A DNA stretch of 64,000 nucleotides. Source: Bryobacter sp. CoA8 C33 (GTDB lineage: Bacteria > Acidobacteriota > Terriglobia > Bryobacterales > Bryobacteraceae). The DNA lies in assembly GCA_019931185.1 (NCBI GenBank), contig JAINDK010000038.1, positions 62,391-126,390 on the forward strand, read 5' to 3'. Of this stretch, positions 8,008 to 17,808 are shown piece after piece. Below the pieces are notes generated by a model. It searched no databases. It was not told where the DNA came from and worked only from the letters and a program-made list of their open reading frames with translations. A program made the position numbers and the translations under genes. How positions within the stretch are numbered: position 1 is the first letter of the stretch; each line of letters begins with the position of its first letter.

Positions 8008-9849
8008 TTAGGGCTGAATGGCGATGTCGACCATTTCGTGGAAAGCCTGAAGCGTTTCGACGGCGACGGGCACGGCGGAACCGATAGGAGCGTTGTTGGG
8101 AATCACGACGTTGAGTTGGTAAAGGCCGGCAAAGCCAGGCGCGGCGCCGGCGAAGCTGACGGTGGCGCGCTGGCCGCCGATGTAGACGTTAACGGTGTCG
8201 GCGACACGGGAAAGCGTGGTGGTGGGAGCGGCAACGCCATCGGCTAGGGGTGGGTCGAGGGGCCCCAGGCCGGTGAGGTAAATCAGCACCGTCTCACCGC
8301 GGCGCGTGGGGTTGGCCGAGGTGAGCAGGGAAAAGTCCGAGCGGAGGATGGCGCCGGGGCCAATGCCGTTCTTGGTGTTGGAATAGATACCGGGCGCCGA
8401 GCGGGCAACGGGCACGGTGACGCGGTTGGACTCCTGGCCGCCTTGGAGGATGACGATGTCGGCCGAGGTGCCGGAGGTGGCAAAGGGCACGAGGGCGCTG
8501 ATCTGGTTGGCGCTGACAAAAAAGAGAGGTGCGGGGCGGCCCTGGATGGTGAGGCTGATGCCGCCGAGGCTGGCCGGGAAAGGCGCGGCGGCGACCAAGG
8601 GCGTGGCCGGGCCGAGACCGGAGCCGAACAGAGCGATGAACTGGCCCGGGGCGATGGGGTTGCCCACGGGAGCGAAACTGGCGCCGTTGAGCACGCCAGC
8701 GGGGTTGATAAAAATTCCAGTGCCGGAAAGATCCCGGGAACGGATGCCGAGAAACAGCTCGTAATTGTCCGAGTCGGCAAAGGATACGCCCGCTCCGACA
8801 AAGGCGGTGTTATTCAGGCCCAGAACGAAGCGGTTGTTTAGAATCGAGCCAACGCCGTCGGGGCCAACCGTATAGTCGTTGACCGCGGTCAAGTCGGCGT
8901 TGCCCTCCGGCAGCCGCGAACGGCGGGACCAAACGGCGCGGCCATTGCCGAGGCCATTGATGGCGCCGGCGAAGGAGGAGGGCCGGGACTGGTCGATGCG
9001 CAGACCCGCGGCGTAATACAGGCCCTGAAAACTCGCGATCGAGGAGACGCCGGCGGCAGAGCGCATGGCGAAGAAGAAATCATGCACCCCCTGAGAGGTC
9101 GATCCGCCGATGAGGAATTCGCCGTTGGATGCCGTGTACAGCTGTTTGTCGCCCAATAGAAGCTGTGTGTTGGCGGCGAAGGGAGCCGTTACCGGAAAGA
9201 TCAACTGGCCGGCGCCGTCCGCGCCGAGGCTATAGGAGCTGGGCCCGATTTGCTGCTGCAGCACGCGGCGGCCATTCTGAACGGTTTGGCCGGAAGTGTT
9301 AACCAAGCCGAGTGATCCGGCGCCGTTGGCCGTGAAACGGAAAAAGCTGTTTTTGATGTTGTTGAACAGTCCGTTGGGAAACTCGATCGACACGCCGGCG
9401 TAGGCCCCGGTGACCGTGGCGTTCGAGGTGGGCTGGGATGGCAGTGGCGCGGCGGCGAACAGATCAAAGAGATTGCCGGCCGAATCGGTTGTCGAGCCAA
9501 GCAGGAGACCGGCGCCGAGGCGGGCGTTTAACTGTGTATTCAAATCCAGCGGATTCGTCATCGAAACCAGACCGGAGGCCGAAACGGAGTAAGAACCGGA
9601 GCCGGAGAAAGGGGCCGGGGCGTTGTTGCCGTTGTTGCGCGTCCCTTGAAAGGAGAAAGAACCCCGCCCGTCGAAGCTGAGAATCCCGATGAGGGAGCGG
9701 CCTTCGATGGGCTGGCCAGCGGGCGTCGTTGAGATGAGAACCTGCCGGAAACCATAGCGCCCATTCAGGAAATTATTATCAAGAATTTGTGCTTGCAGTT
9801 GAGTTGCAGTGAACAGAATGGCCAAACAGTTGAGAAGAGGCAGTTTCAT
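8008..9849 (-). CDS. Secreted protein with a C-terminal domain resembling the Solibacter-specific Soli_cterm domain (TIGR03437).
   Basis: The ORF is 8008..10026. An internal ATG at 9847-9849 gives the signal peptide MKLPLLNCLAILFTATQLQAQ. The C-terminal roughly 200 aa (...QISALVPFATSG...LIYLTGLGPL...VYIGGQRATVSFAGAAPGFAGLYQLNVVIPNNAP...) match the pattern I recall for the Solibacter C-terminal domain family. That recollection has not been checked against a database. Confidence 0.6.
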   Translation of the reverse strand: MKLPLLNCLAILFTATQLQAQILDNNFLNGRYGFRQVLISTTPAGQPIEGRSLIGILSFDGRGSFSFQGTRNNGNNAPAPFSGSGSYSVSASGLVSMTNPLDLNTQLNARLGAGLLLGSTTDSAGNLFDLFAAAPLPSQPTSNATVTGAYAGVSIEFPNGLFNNIKNSFFRFTANGAGSLGLVNTSGQTVQNGRRVLQQQIGPSSYSLGADGAGQLIFPVTAPFAANTQLLLGDKQLYTASNGEFLIGGSTSQGVHDFFFAMRSAAGVSSIASFQGLYYAAGLRIDQSRPSSFAGAINGLGNGRAVWSRRSRLPEGNADLTAVNDYTVGPDGVGSILNNRFVLGLNNTAFVGAGVSFADSDNYELFLGIRSRDLSGTGIFINPAGVLNGASFAPVGNPIAPGQFIALFGSGLGPATPLVAAAPFPASLGGISLTIQGRPAPLFFVSANQISALVPFATSGTSADIVILQGGQESNRVTVPVARSAPGIYSNTKNGIGPGAILRSDFSLLTSANPTRRGETVLIYLTGLGPLDPPLADGVAAPTTTLSRVADTVNVYIGGQRATVSFAGAAPGFAGLYQLNVVIPNNAPIGSAVPVAVETLQAFHEMVDIAIQP

Positions 9850-9885
9850 AAGTTGGATCAAGCTATACTCGGTGAGGTAGGACAA

Positions 9886-10131
9886 GTGAGTCTCCCGGCG
9901 AAAACATTGTCTCAATTGAAGATCGGCGAAAGTGCGGTCCTCGATGATTTTGAATTGCCGGAGGAGATGAGCCTGCGGCTGATGCAGATGGGAATGATCC
10001 CGGGGGCTTTGGTGGAAGCGGCGCATATCGCCCCTGCCGGTGACCCGGCGGTATACCGGGTGGACGGCACGGAAATTGCTTTACGGCGGGAGACTGCCCT
10101 GCACATACGGGTGCGAAGCGAGCAAGGGTAA
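9886..10131 (+). CDS. feoA: FeoA family protein.
   Basis: LSQLKIGESAVLDDFELPEEMSLRLMQMGMIPGALVEAAHIAPAGDPAVYRVDGTEIALRRETALHIRV is a FeoA SH3-like domain. The start is a GTG at 9886 preceded by GAGGTAGG at the right spacing. The longer track ORF from 9787 would overlap the divergent gene's start. Confidence 0.8.
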   Translation: MSLPAKTLSQLKIGESAVLDDFELPEEMSLRLMQMGMIPGALVEAAHIAPAGDPAVYRVDGTEIALRRETALHIRVRSEQG

Positions 10132-10134
10132 ATC

Positions 10135-12012
10135 ATGGAAGCCTGCCACGCGGGTGGATCGACCGCGGCAACACCTATCATAAACCCCGCGGGGCACAAG
10201 CTGGTTGCGCTGATTGGTCCGCCGAACACGGGAAAGAGCACGATGTTCAACCGGCTGACGGGACTGCGGCAGAAGGTAGCGAATTATCCCGGCGTGACGG
10301 TGGAGAGACACATTGGGACGGCGCGCGTGGACCTGACGCGGGAAGTGACGCTGGTGGATTTGCCAGGGGTGTATTCGCTTGAGCCGCGGAGTGAAGACGA
10401 GCAGGTAACGCACGATGTATTGCATGGGGCGATGCCGGACTTGCCGCGGCCGGATGCGATTCTGCTGATATTGGATGCGACAAGCCTGGCGCGGCACCTG
10501 ATGTTGGCGGCGCCGGTGCTAAGCCTGGGCATTCCGACTTTGTTGATTCTGAACATGACCGATGAGCTGAAGCGGCGCGGGGGCGCCGTGGATGCCGCCA
10601 AGCTCGCAGGCGAACTGGGAGCGCCGGTGGTGCTGGCGAGTGCGGTAGAGGGTAGCGGTATAGACGAGGTGAGGAATTTTCTTTCAAAGACGATACCGGC
10701 GCCGGTCAGAATCGAACTGCCGGTTCTGAACAATCTGTCGAGTTGCCGGAAGTGGAGCGGGGATGTGGCGGCGCTGGCGGATTTTCAAAAGCCCTCCCCC
10801 CCGGAATGGACTTACAAGCTGGACCGGATTGTGCTGGATCCGGTGTGGGGGCCGCTCAGCTTCCTGCTGGTGGTCGTGGCGGTTTTTCAAAGCATATTCA
10901 CGTTCGCCAAGCCGTTGATGGAACTAGTGCAGGAAATGGTGGCGACCAGCGGGCAGTGGATTGCGCTGGGCTTGCCGGAGAGTTGGTTCCGCTCGCTATT
11001 GGTTGAAGGGGTGTGGGGGGGCGTGGGGAGCGTGGTGGTGTTCCTTCCGCAGATTCTGATTCTGTTCGCGTTTCTGGCCGTACTCGAGGATTCGGGATAC
11101 CTGGCGCGGGCGGCCGTGATTGCCGACCGAACGATGGCGAAGCTGGGCTTGCAGGGCAAGAGCTTTATTCCGCTGTTGAGCGGTTATGCGTGTGCGATTC
11201 CGGCGATACTATCGACGCGGACGATTGAAAACAAGCGGGACCGGATTGCGACGATCCTGGTGACGCCGCTGATGACGTGTTCGGCGCGTTTGCCGGTGTA
11301 CACGATGCTGATCGCCGCCTTCATTCCCGATCAGCCGCTGCTCGGGCCGCTGCTTGGGGCGCGCGCGGCTGTGATGTTGGGACTCTACGCACTCGGCTTC
11401 GTGGCGGCGGCAGGGACAGCCCGTCTGCTGAAGAGCACGATCTTCCGCGCCGAAAAAGCGCCGTTTGTGCTTGAGTTGCCGCCCTACCGGCTGCCGCGGC
11501 CGATGAGCATCGTCTACCGCCTCGTGGACCGGGCGAAGGTGTTTCTGAAACGGGCGTCCACGACAATTCTTCTGACCATGGTGTTGTTGTGGACCATGGC
11601 CCACTTACCGCTGCAAAACGGCGTGGCGCCACCAATGGAGGCGAGCTATGCGGCCAGCCTCGGCCGGGCGATCGAGCCGGTGATTGCCCCGCTCGGATTC
11701 AATTGGAAGATCGGCGTCGGGTTGATCAGCTCATTGGCGGCCCGCGAGGTTATTGTTGGCACGCTGGGCACAATTTATGGCATTGAGGGCGAGGGGAACG
11801 AGAAGGGATTGGAGGCGGCCCTGCGGCAGGATCTGAACCTGGCCTCCGCCGTGGCGCTACTCATCTTCTTTGCCTTCGCGCTCCAGTGCATTTCGACGAT
11901 CGCCGTCGTGCGGAGGGAAACAGCGAGTTGGAAGTGGCCCGTGCTGCAATTCACCTACATGGGGCTGCTGGCTTATGGCAGCAGTTGGCTGGCCTACACG
12001 ATATTGCGCTAA
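10135..12012 (+). CDS. feoB: Ferrous iron transport protein B.
   Basis: The 625-aa product has a G-domain GPPNTGKST, with DLPG and NMTD following, then a polytopic membrane domain. The ATG lies 3 nt after the feoA stop. There is an N-terminal extension of about 20 aa before the G1 box. Confidence 0.9.
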   Translation: MEACHAGGSTAATPIINPAGHKLVALIGPPNTGKSTMFNRLTGLRQKVANYPGVTVERHIGTARVDLTREVTLVDLPGVYSLEPRSEDEQVTHDVLHGAMPDLPRPDAILLILDATSLARHLMLAAPVLSLGIPTLLILNMTDELKRRGGAVDAAKLAGELGAPVVLASAVEGSGIDEVRNFLSKTIPAPVRIELPVLNNLSSCRKWSGDVAALADFQKPSPPEWTYKLDRIVLDPVWGPLSFLLVVVAVFQSIFTFAKPLMELVQEMVATSGQWIALGLPESWFRSLLVEGVWGGVGSVVVFLPQILILFAFLAVLEDSGYLARAAVIADRTMAKLGLQGKSFIPLLSGYACAIPAILSTRTIENKRDRIATILVTPLMTCSARLPVYTMLIAAFIPDQPLLGPLLGARAAVMLGLYALGFVAAAGTARLLKSTIFRAEKAPFVLELPPYRLPRPMSIVYRLVDRAKVFLKRASTTILLTMVLLWTMAHLPLQNGVAPPMEASYAASLGRAIEPVIAPLGFNWKIGVGLISSLAAREVIVGTLGTIYGIEGEGNEKGLEAALRQDLNLASAVALLIFFAFALQCISTIAVVRRETASWKWPVLQFTYMGLLAYGSSWLAYTILR

Positions 12013-12048
12013 GGGGCAGGCAGCCTGGCCCGGTGGGCGAATCAGAGT

Positions 12049-13194
12049 TTAATTCACGGGGTGGAAGATGACGCAAACGGGAGCATCGACGGCGACAGTT
12101 TCTCCCGACGGCGTCAGACGGCCGTTCTTTTGATCGATCTTGAGCAAAGCGATGTTGCCGGTGTTTTGATTGGCCACGAACATGTAATTGCCAGTGGGAT
12201 CGATGGCGAAGTTGCGGGGGATACTGCCCTGACTGGGTGCGTGCTCAAGAAAGGTAAGTTTGCCCGTTTTCGCATCAACACGAAAGACGGCGATCGAGTC
12301 ATGGCCGCGATTGGACACATAGAGAAACTTACCGTTGGGATGGACCTCGATTTCGGCCGTGTTGTTGGGCTTGGCGAAGCCCCGCGGCAGTGTTGAGATG
12401 ACTTGAAATTGCCGCAGACGGCCCGCGGCCGGCGTAAAGGCAAAAGCCGTGACCAGAGAGCCCATCTCGCTGTTGACATAGGCGAACTTGCCGTTGGGAT
12501 GGAAGGCCATGTGACGGGGGCCGGATCCGGGAGTGATTGGGGTCGAGGGCGGATCGGCGGGTGTTAGCTTACCCTGCTTGGAGTCGACGAGATAGCCAAA
12601 GACCTGATCGAGGCCCAGATCGGGGACGAAGAGGAACCGGTGATCGGGGGACAGAACGGCGGCGTGGGCGTGGGGCCCGCGCTGGCGGCTGCCGATGCTC
12701 GAACCGCGGTGAGCCATGAGAGAAGAAGGTTCGCCGAGGCTGCCGTCGGGCTGTATCGGGAAAGCCGCGACACTGTTGCCACTGCCGTAGTTGGCCAGCA
12801 GGAGATACTTGCCGGTCTTTTCGACCACCAGGTGGCAGGGTACACCACCCCCCGAAGGCACCACGTTCAGTTCGCGCAGTTGGCCATTCGGACCCTCAAT
12901 GGCGAAGGCGCTGACGCTGGCATCCCCTTCGTTGACGGCATAGAGATACTTTCGATTGGGATGAATCGTGAGAAAGGAGGGATTTTTTGTTCCGGCGGCC
13001 AGACCGAGGCTGGTCAGCTGCCTGCTATCCGGGTGATATCGATAAGCATAAATGCCCTTGCTGTGCTGGCGGGTATAGGTGCCGACATAGATGATGTACT
13101 CCGGCTTGGCGGCGGAAACGAGCGCGGCCAGCGGGGCGAGCAAGAGGGCTAGGGCCGGCAGGAAAATGAGCAAGCGGTTGGGTGGATTCTTCAT
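12049..13194 (-). CDS. Lactonase-family 7-bladed beta-propeller protein, 6-phosphogluconolactonase-like.
   Basis: The 381-aa product has a signal peptide MKNPPNRLLIFLPALALLLAPLAA and repeated YAVNEGDASVSAF and LLLANYGSGNSVAAF blades. Confidence 0.7.
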   Translation of the reverse strand: MKNPPNRLLIFLPALALLLAPLAALVSAAKPEYIIYVGTYTRQHSKGIYAYRYHPDSRQLTSLGLAAGTKNPSFLTIHPNRKYLYAVNEGDASVSAFAIEGPNGQLRELNVVPSGGGVPCHLVVEKTGKYLLLANYGSGNSVAAFPIQPDGSLGEPSSLMAHRGSSIGSRQRGPHAHAAVLSPDHRFLFVPDLGLDQVFGYLVDSKQGKLTPADPPSTPITPGSGPRHMAFHPNGKFAYVNSEMGSLVTAFAFTPAAGRLRQFQVISTLPRGFAKPNNTAEIEVHPNGKFLYVSNRGHDSIAVFRVDAKTGKLTFLEHAPSQGSIPRNFAIDPTGNYMFVANQNTGNIALLKIDQKNGRLTPSGETVAVDAPVCVIFHPVN

Positions 13195-13225
13195 GGCGAC
13201 TCCGGTGACAGGATAGCGAGCCAGG

Positions 13226-14035
13226 CTAGCTCATGCGCAGCAGCCAGCGCAAGGCATTGTGTTTGAGTTTGATGAATTCGGGATTCCAGTGGGCCGTGAT
13301 GGAGTGGCCGGGGGAAAAATAGCAGACACGGCCCTTGCCATAATCGTAGGCCCATCCGGCTGCCGCCTTCGCACCGAGTTTGCCGTACTCCAGCCCGTCT
13401 TCGTTGACCGATTCAAGCAGGAGATGCTTTGGGTCCTTGTCGTACTGCATATAGTGTTGCTCGTCGGTGACGATGAAGTCCTTTACCCCACGCGTGATGG
13501 GGTGGTCGTGGTTGATTATCTTGACCTTGAAGGGGCGGATGGCTGGGTGGCCCTGGTAGGCGGCGCCGAGAACATGGCGAAAGTCAGGATCGGTAAGGCC
13601 AACATGCGTCACATTGTGCAGAAACAGAGCCGCTCCTCCGTTTTCGACAAAGCGGCGTACGGCCTTGCCCTGTTGCGGTTTGATCCAGAACTTCGGTTCG
13701 CCCGCAGTGGGGGCTAGCGGCGGATCGCTGACGATTTCGGCCGCGGCCGCGCTGGCTGGCTTGGGCAGGGGATAGCCGTCGGGCCAGATCATGCCGTCGC
13801 GGTGCACGATCAGCAGCCGGTAGCCTTTCAGGTTTACGGCATTGAGCAGGTTGGTGTCGTCGCTCATATCAAGGGAAAGCCCGAGACCCTGGACGATATC
13901 CCGATGGAGCGCGGTGCGAATGTAGTCCGAGTTGTGGAAGCGGTCCCCGACCAAGGCGAAGGCATCCGATTTCTTACCGTCAAAGGCCAACGCGGAAGTG
14001 GTCGCCAAGGTGCACAGCAGTGATCTTCTGGTCAT
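13226..14035 (-). CDS. ThuA-like protein (trehalose-utilisation family, class-I glutamine-amidotransferase-like fold).
   Basis: The 269-aa product has an N-terminal signal or Tat-like leader MTRRSLLCTLATTSALA and a family-like layout. The assignment rests on family resemblance only. Confidence 0.55.
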   Translation of the reverse strand: MTRRSLLCTLATTSALAFDGKKSDAFALVGDRFHNSDYIRTALHRDIVQGLGLSLDMSDDTNLLNAVNLKGYRLLIVHRDGMIWPDGYPLPKPASAAAAEIVSDPPLAPTAGEPKFWIKPQQGKAVRRFVENGGAALFLHNVTHVGLTDPDFRHVLGAAYQGHPAIRPFKVKIINHDHPITRGVKDFIVTDEQHYMQYDKDPKHLLLESVNEDGLEYGKLGAKAAAGWAYDYGKGRVCYFSPGHSITAHWNPEFIKLKHNALRWLLRMS

Positions 14036-14195
14036 TTCCTGTTTGTCTCCTATGGCCGGGACTGGGCGCGCCCATCGCCTGGCAAGGAGCCACGCGCGAG
14101 ACCGGACGATTCAGGTTAGTTCCTCGGCTAGTGGATCGTCAAATTCGCGCGCACAGCGACTTTGGCGGGGAGCGGTTGTAGACTAAGCATTAGCA

Positions 14196-15116
14196 ATGCA
14201 TAACGTCGTCATTTTGGGCTCGGGCTGCGCGGGGAACACGGCAGCGATTTACACGGCTCGGGCTGGACTCAAACCACTTGTATTGATGGGCAAGGAGCCG
14301 GGGGGACAGCTTTCGATCACCTCGGAGGTGGAGAACTTTCCCGGCTTTCCCGAAGGGATTCTCGGGCCGCAACTGGTGGAGAATATGAAACTGCAGGCCG
14401 AGCGCTTTGGCGCGGAGTTCCGGCTAGGCGAAGTGGTGGGGGCGGATTTGTCGCGCCGGCCGTTCCGGCTGAGCGTCGATGGGGAGTGGATCGAGACGTC
14501 CACCTTGATCGTGGCCACGGGGGCAAGCGCGCGTTGGCTGGGTATTGCGGGGGAAAAGGATCTGATCGGCAAAGGCGTCAGTTCCTGCGCGACCTGCGAT
14601 GGCTTCTTCTATCGGGGCAAGAAAATCATGGTCGTGGGCGGTGGGGACAGCGCCATGGAGGAAGCGAATTTCCTAACGCGTTTCTCCGATGTGATGCTGG
14701 TGCACCGCCGCGAGGAGTTTCGCGCCTCCAAGATCATGATCGACCGCGTCAAGGCAAACCCGAAGGTAAAGATGGTGCTGAACACGGTGGTGGATGAGGT
14801 GTTGGCTCATGAAACCGGCATTGTTGGCGGAGCGCGGATGCGGAATGTGAAAACCGGGGAGACCTGGACGGAAGAAGTAGACGGCTTCTTTGTGGCGATT
14901 GGCCATATTCCGAATACCAAGCCCTTTGCCGGCCAGTTGGATATGGACGAGGAAGGTTACTTGATTTCGCACGGGGGCGCCCGGACAAACATCGCCGGTG
15001 TGTTTCATGCTGGGGATGTTCAGGACCGGCACTACCGGCAGGCGATTACGGCGTCGGGCGCGGGTTGCATGGCGGCAATGGAGGCCGAGCGCTTTCTCGA
15101 GGCGGAAGGGCACTAA
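14196..15116 (+). CDS. trxB: Thioredoxin-disulfide reductase.
   Basis: The 306-aa product has the FAD motif GSGCAGNTAA, the redox CATC motif (SCATCDGF), and the NADPH motif GGGDSAMEEA. Confidence 0.95.
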   Translation: MHNVVILGSGCAGNTAAIYTARAGLKPLVLMGKEPGGQLSITSEVENFPGFPEGILGPQLVENMKLQAERFGAEFRLGEVVGADLSRRPFRLSVDGEWIETSTLIVATGASARWLGIAGEKDLIGKGVSSCATCDGFFYRGKKIMVVGGGDSAMEEANFLTRFSDVMLVHRREEFRASKIMIDRVKANPKVKMVLNTVVDEVLAHETGIVGGARMRNVKTGETWTEEVDGFFVAIGHIPNTKPFAGQLDMDEEGYLISHGGARTNIAGVFHAGDVQDRHYRQAITASGAGCMAAMEAERFLEAEGH

Positions 15117-15119
15117 GCG

Positions 15120-15875
15120 ATGACGATTGCCGGGCGCAGGGCGCTGGTGACGGGTGGGGCATCCGGGCTGGGAGAGGCTTGCGTGCGGGCGCTGGTCGGC
15201 GAGCAGGCACGGGTGTTGATTGCGGATCTTAATGAGGACAAGGGCCAAGGCTTAGCTCGTGAGTTGGGTACGGGGGCACGATTCCGCCGCACGGATGTTT
15301 GTGAGGAAGCCGATGTACTGGCCGCGATCGAGGAGAGCGGCGGGCTGGACCTGGTCATTCATTGCGCCGGTATTGCGACAGCGGAGCGGGCTCTCGGCAA
15401 GGATGGGCCGCTGCCGCTCGAGCGCTTTGAAAAAGTACTGCGGGTCAATGTAAACGGGACATTCAACGTCGTGCGCCTAGCCGCGGCGGCGATGGCGAAA
15501 AACGAGGCTGGCCCGGACGGGGAGCGGGGCGTTATCGTGATGACCAGCTCGGTGGCGGCCTTTGACGGGCAGATTGGACAGGCGGCTTATTCGGCCTCGA
15601 AGGGCGCTGTGGCGGCAATGACCTTGCCGCTGGCGCGGGAACTGGCGCGCGTGGGCGTTCGGGTGCTGGCGATTGCGCCCGGGTTGTTCCGGACGCCGTT
15701 GTTGGCGGGCTTGCCCGAGGAGGCAATGAAGAAACTGGCTGAGACCGTTCCGTTTCCGGCCCGGCTTGGCGAGCCGGCGGAATTCGCCGGCCTAGCCCTG
15801 CACATGGTGCGCAACCGGATGCTGAATGGAGAAGTAGTGCGGCTCGACGGAGCCTTGCGGATGGCGCCGCGCTAG
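15120..15875 (+). CDS. Short-chain dehydrogenase/reductase.
   Basis: TGGASGLG is a Rossmann motif; YSASKGAV is the catalytic Y-x3-K. The ATG lies 3 nt after the trxB stop. Confidence 0.9.
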   Translation: MTIAGRRALVTGGASGLGEACVRALVGEQARVLIADLNEDKGQGLARELGTGARFRRTDVCEEADVLAAIEESGGLDLVIHCAGIATAERALGKDGPLPLERFEKVLRVNVNGTFNVVRLAAAAMAKNEAGPDGERGVIVMTSSVAAFDGQIGQAAYSASKGAVAAMTLPLARELARVGVRVLAIAPGLFRTPLLAGLPEEAMKKLAETVPFPARLGEPAEFAGLALHMVRNRMLNGEVVRLDGALRMAPR

Positions 15876-17170
15876 GCGGTTTTGCCCGCCGGGATCTCAA
15901 TTTCGGTGCGTGTGCCTTGTCCGGGCCGGCTGTCGATCGACATGCGATAGTGCTCCCCGTAGAGAACTTCGAGACGTTCGCGCACGTTGGAGACTCCAAT
16001 GCCGGAGTGGTTTCCGAACAGGTCTTCCATCTTTTCCTCCGGGATGCCTTCCCCGTCGTCCTCGACAGTAAGCAGAAGGCGCTGGGGATCGAGCATGCGG
16101 GCGCGGAGCCAGATGGAGCCGCCCTCGAGCTTGCCGGCCAAGCCATGTTTGATGGAGTTTTCGATCACCGGCTGAAGCAGCATTGCTGGCACCGGCACGG
16201 AGAGAGCGGCGGGGTCGATTTCCCGGAGAAATCGCAGTTTCTCCCCGAAGCGCACCATCTCGATGGCCAGGTAGTCGTCGATGAAGGCGAGCTCGTCGCG
16301 GAGTGGGGACAGCACATCGGTGTTGCGCATGGCGCGGCGGAGGACGCTTGAAAGCTTGTAGATCATCGTGCGGGCGCGGTCCGGGTCGATGCGGATGAGC
16401 GAAGAGACGCTGTTGAGAGTGTTGAAGAGGAAATGCGGGTTGATCTGGCTGGTCAGGGCCGCCAGGCGAGCTTCCGCGATCAGGCGTTGCTGCAAGGACA
16501 GACGCGACTCCATCCGTGTGATGTTCCAGATCTTCAGGGGCAGAAAGGCGCACAGCACCGAAGCCCCGGACAGGGCGCCGATCCAGAGTTCGAGGGGGCG
16601 GGAGTCGAGCGTAATCGGGCTGAAGATCGATTTCGGACGGAAGAGATAGAGCCCCGCCAGGCGCAAGGCTTCGGAAAGAAGCAGGCCAGCCGAAATGAGA
16701 AGGCGGTAGCCGAGCCGCGGCTGGCGGAAGATCCGCCAACTGCCGAGTATGTCGAAGACGGGCGAGTAGCGCCAAATCTCCCCGGTATCCGGCGCGCAAT
16801 CGCGGATGATGCCGCCCAGCACGCCAATGGCGGCATAAAGCGGCATCGCCAGCAATTCGTTGCCGAACATGGCGGGCAGGCTCATGAGGATGCCGCTGAC
16901 CATGCCGGTGACATAGCCGCCGAGCAGACCCGCCAGGTAGGCGCCGGCGAGGGTCAGGTCAGCGGCCTGGTAAGAGCCGGTGAACACGCGGGCGGCCGCT
17001 CCGGCGCCGAAGATTGTGCCGAAGGCGAGCGCCATCTCGAGCCGCTGCGTGATCGAGCGCTCCTCGCGCAGCAGCATGCGCTGGAAAGCGGGGATACGGG
17101 ACAGTATCGAAGCCAGCGAGGCGGCAACGGCAAGGTTGAAAAGCAGCAGGACGAAGGCCGGCTCGATCAT
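15872..17170 (-). CDS. LytS/YehU-family sensor histidine kinase (5TM-LytS sensor plus His_kinase plus HATPase).
   Basis: The 432-aa product has a polytopic N-terminus, then [10 protein letters not shown] (H-box of the LytS family), and ends with an HATPase domain ([11 protein letters not shown]). No LytTR-family response regulator is adjacent. Confidence 0.8.
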   Translation of the reverse strand: MIEPAFVLLLFNLAVAASLASILSRIPAFQRMLLREERSITQRLEMALAFGTIFGAGAAARVFTGSYQAADLTLAGAYLAGLLGGYVTGMVSGILMSLPAMFGNELLAMPLYAAIGVLGGIIRDCAPDTGEIWRYSPVFDILGSWRIFRQPRLGYRLLISAGLLLSEALRLAGLYLFRPKSIFSPITLDSRPLELWIGALSGASVLCAFLPLKIWNITRMESRLSLQQRLIAEARLAALTSQINPHFLFNTLNSVSSLIRIDPDRARTMIYKLSSVLRRAMRNTDVLSPLRDELAFIDDYLAIEMVRFGEKLRFLREIDPAALSVPVPAMLLQPVIENSIKHGLAGKLEGGSIWLRARMLDPQRLLLTVEDDGEGIPEEKMEDLFGNHSGIGVSNVRERLEVLYGEHYRMSIDSRPGQGTRTEIEIPAGKTA

Positions 17171-17190
17171 AATGGAAGTACCCCCACATT

Positions 17191-17781
17191 ATGAAGCTAT
17201 TGCATGCCGCTGAGGCGGATTTCCCCACCGAATTTGGCAGATTCCGCATCCACGGCTTCGAATGGGAGCAGGCAGGGGTCAGGGAAGAGGCGGTGGCGGT
17301 CGTGATGGGAGACCTGGTGCGGGGAGATGCGCCCCTGCTGCGGATTCACTCCCAGTGCCTGACCGGGGATGTATTTCACAGCCTGCGTTGCGACTGCCGC
17401 CAGCAGCTTGAGTTGGCCCTTGCCGCCGTTGGCCGCCAAGGGCGGGGAATCGTGATCTATGAAATGAAGGAGGGCCGGGGGATTGGCATCATCAATAAAC
17501 TTCGGGCCTACCAACTGCAGGATGAGGGTGCCGACACCGTCGAGGCCAATGAGGCTTTGGGTCTGGCTGTGGATGCGCGCGACTACCGGCTGCCGGCGGC
17601 GATCTGTCAGTATTTCGGCGTCAAGGCCGTGCGGCTGATGTCAAACAATCCCGACAAGATCGCGGCGCTTGAAGGAGCGGGGGTGCAGGTAGTCGAAAGA
17701 GTACCGGCAATCGCCGCGGGAACCGAACACGCCCGGGACTATCTCGAAGTGAAACGCGAAAAGCTCGGGCATCTGATTTAG
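17191..17781 (+). CDS. ribA: GTP cyclohydrolase II.
   Basis: The 196-aa product carries HSQCLTGDVFHSLRCDC (the zinc-binding Cys triad) and EGRGIGIINKLRAYQLQDEGADTVEAN. Confidence 0.9.
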   Translation: MKLLHAAEADFPTEFGRFRIHGFEWEQAGVREEAVAVVMGDLVRGDAPLLRIHSQCLTGDVFHSLRCDCRQQLELALAAVGRQGRGIVIYEMKEGRGIGIINKLRAYQLQDEGADTVEANEALGLAVDARDYRLPAAICQYFGVKAVRLMSNNPDKIAALEGAGVQVVERVPAIAAGTEHARDYLEVKREKLGHLI

Positions 17782-17808
17782 CTTTTCCGGAGCGCTCTGC
17801 CGCCGGAG

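Noticed and set aside
9787-10131. Long form of the feoA ORF (114 aa).
   Set aside because: The N-terminal 33 residues overlap the divergent gene start and lack an RBS. The GTG at 9886 with GAGGT is preferred.
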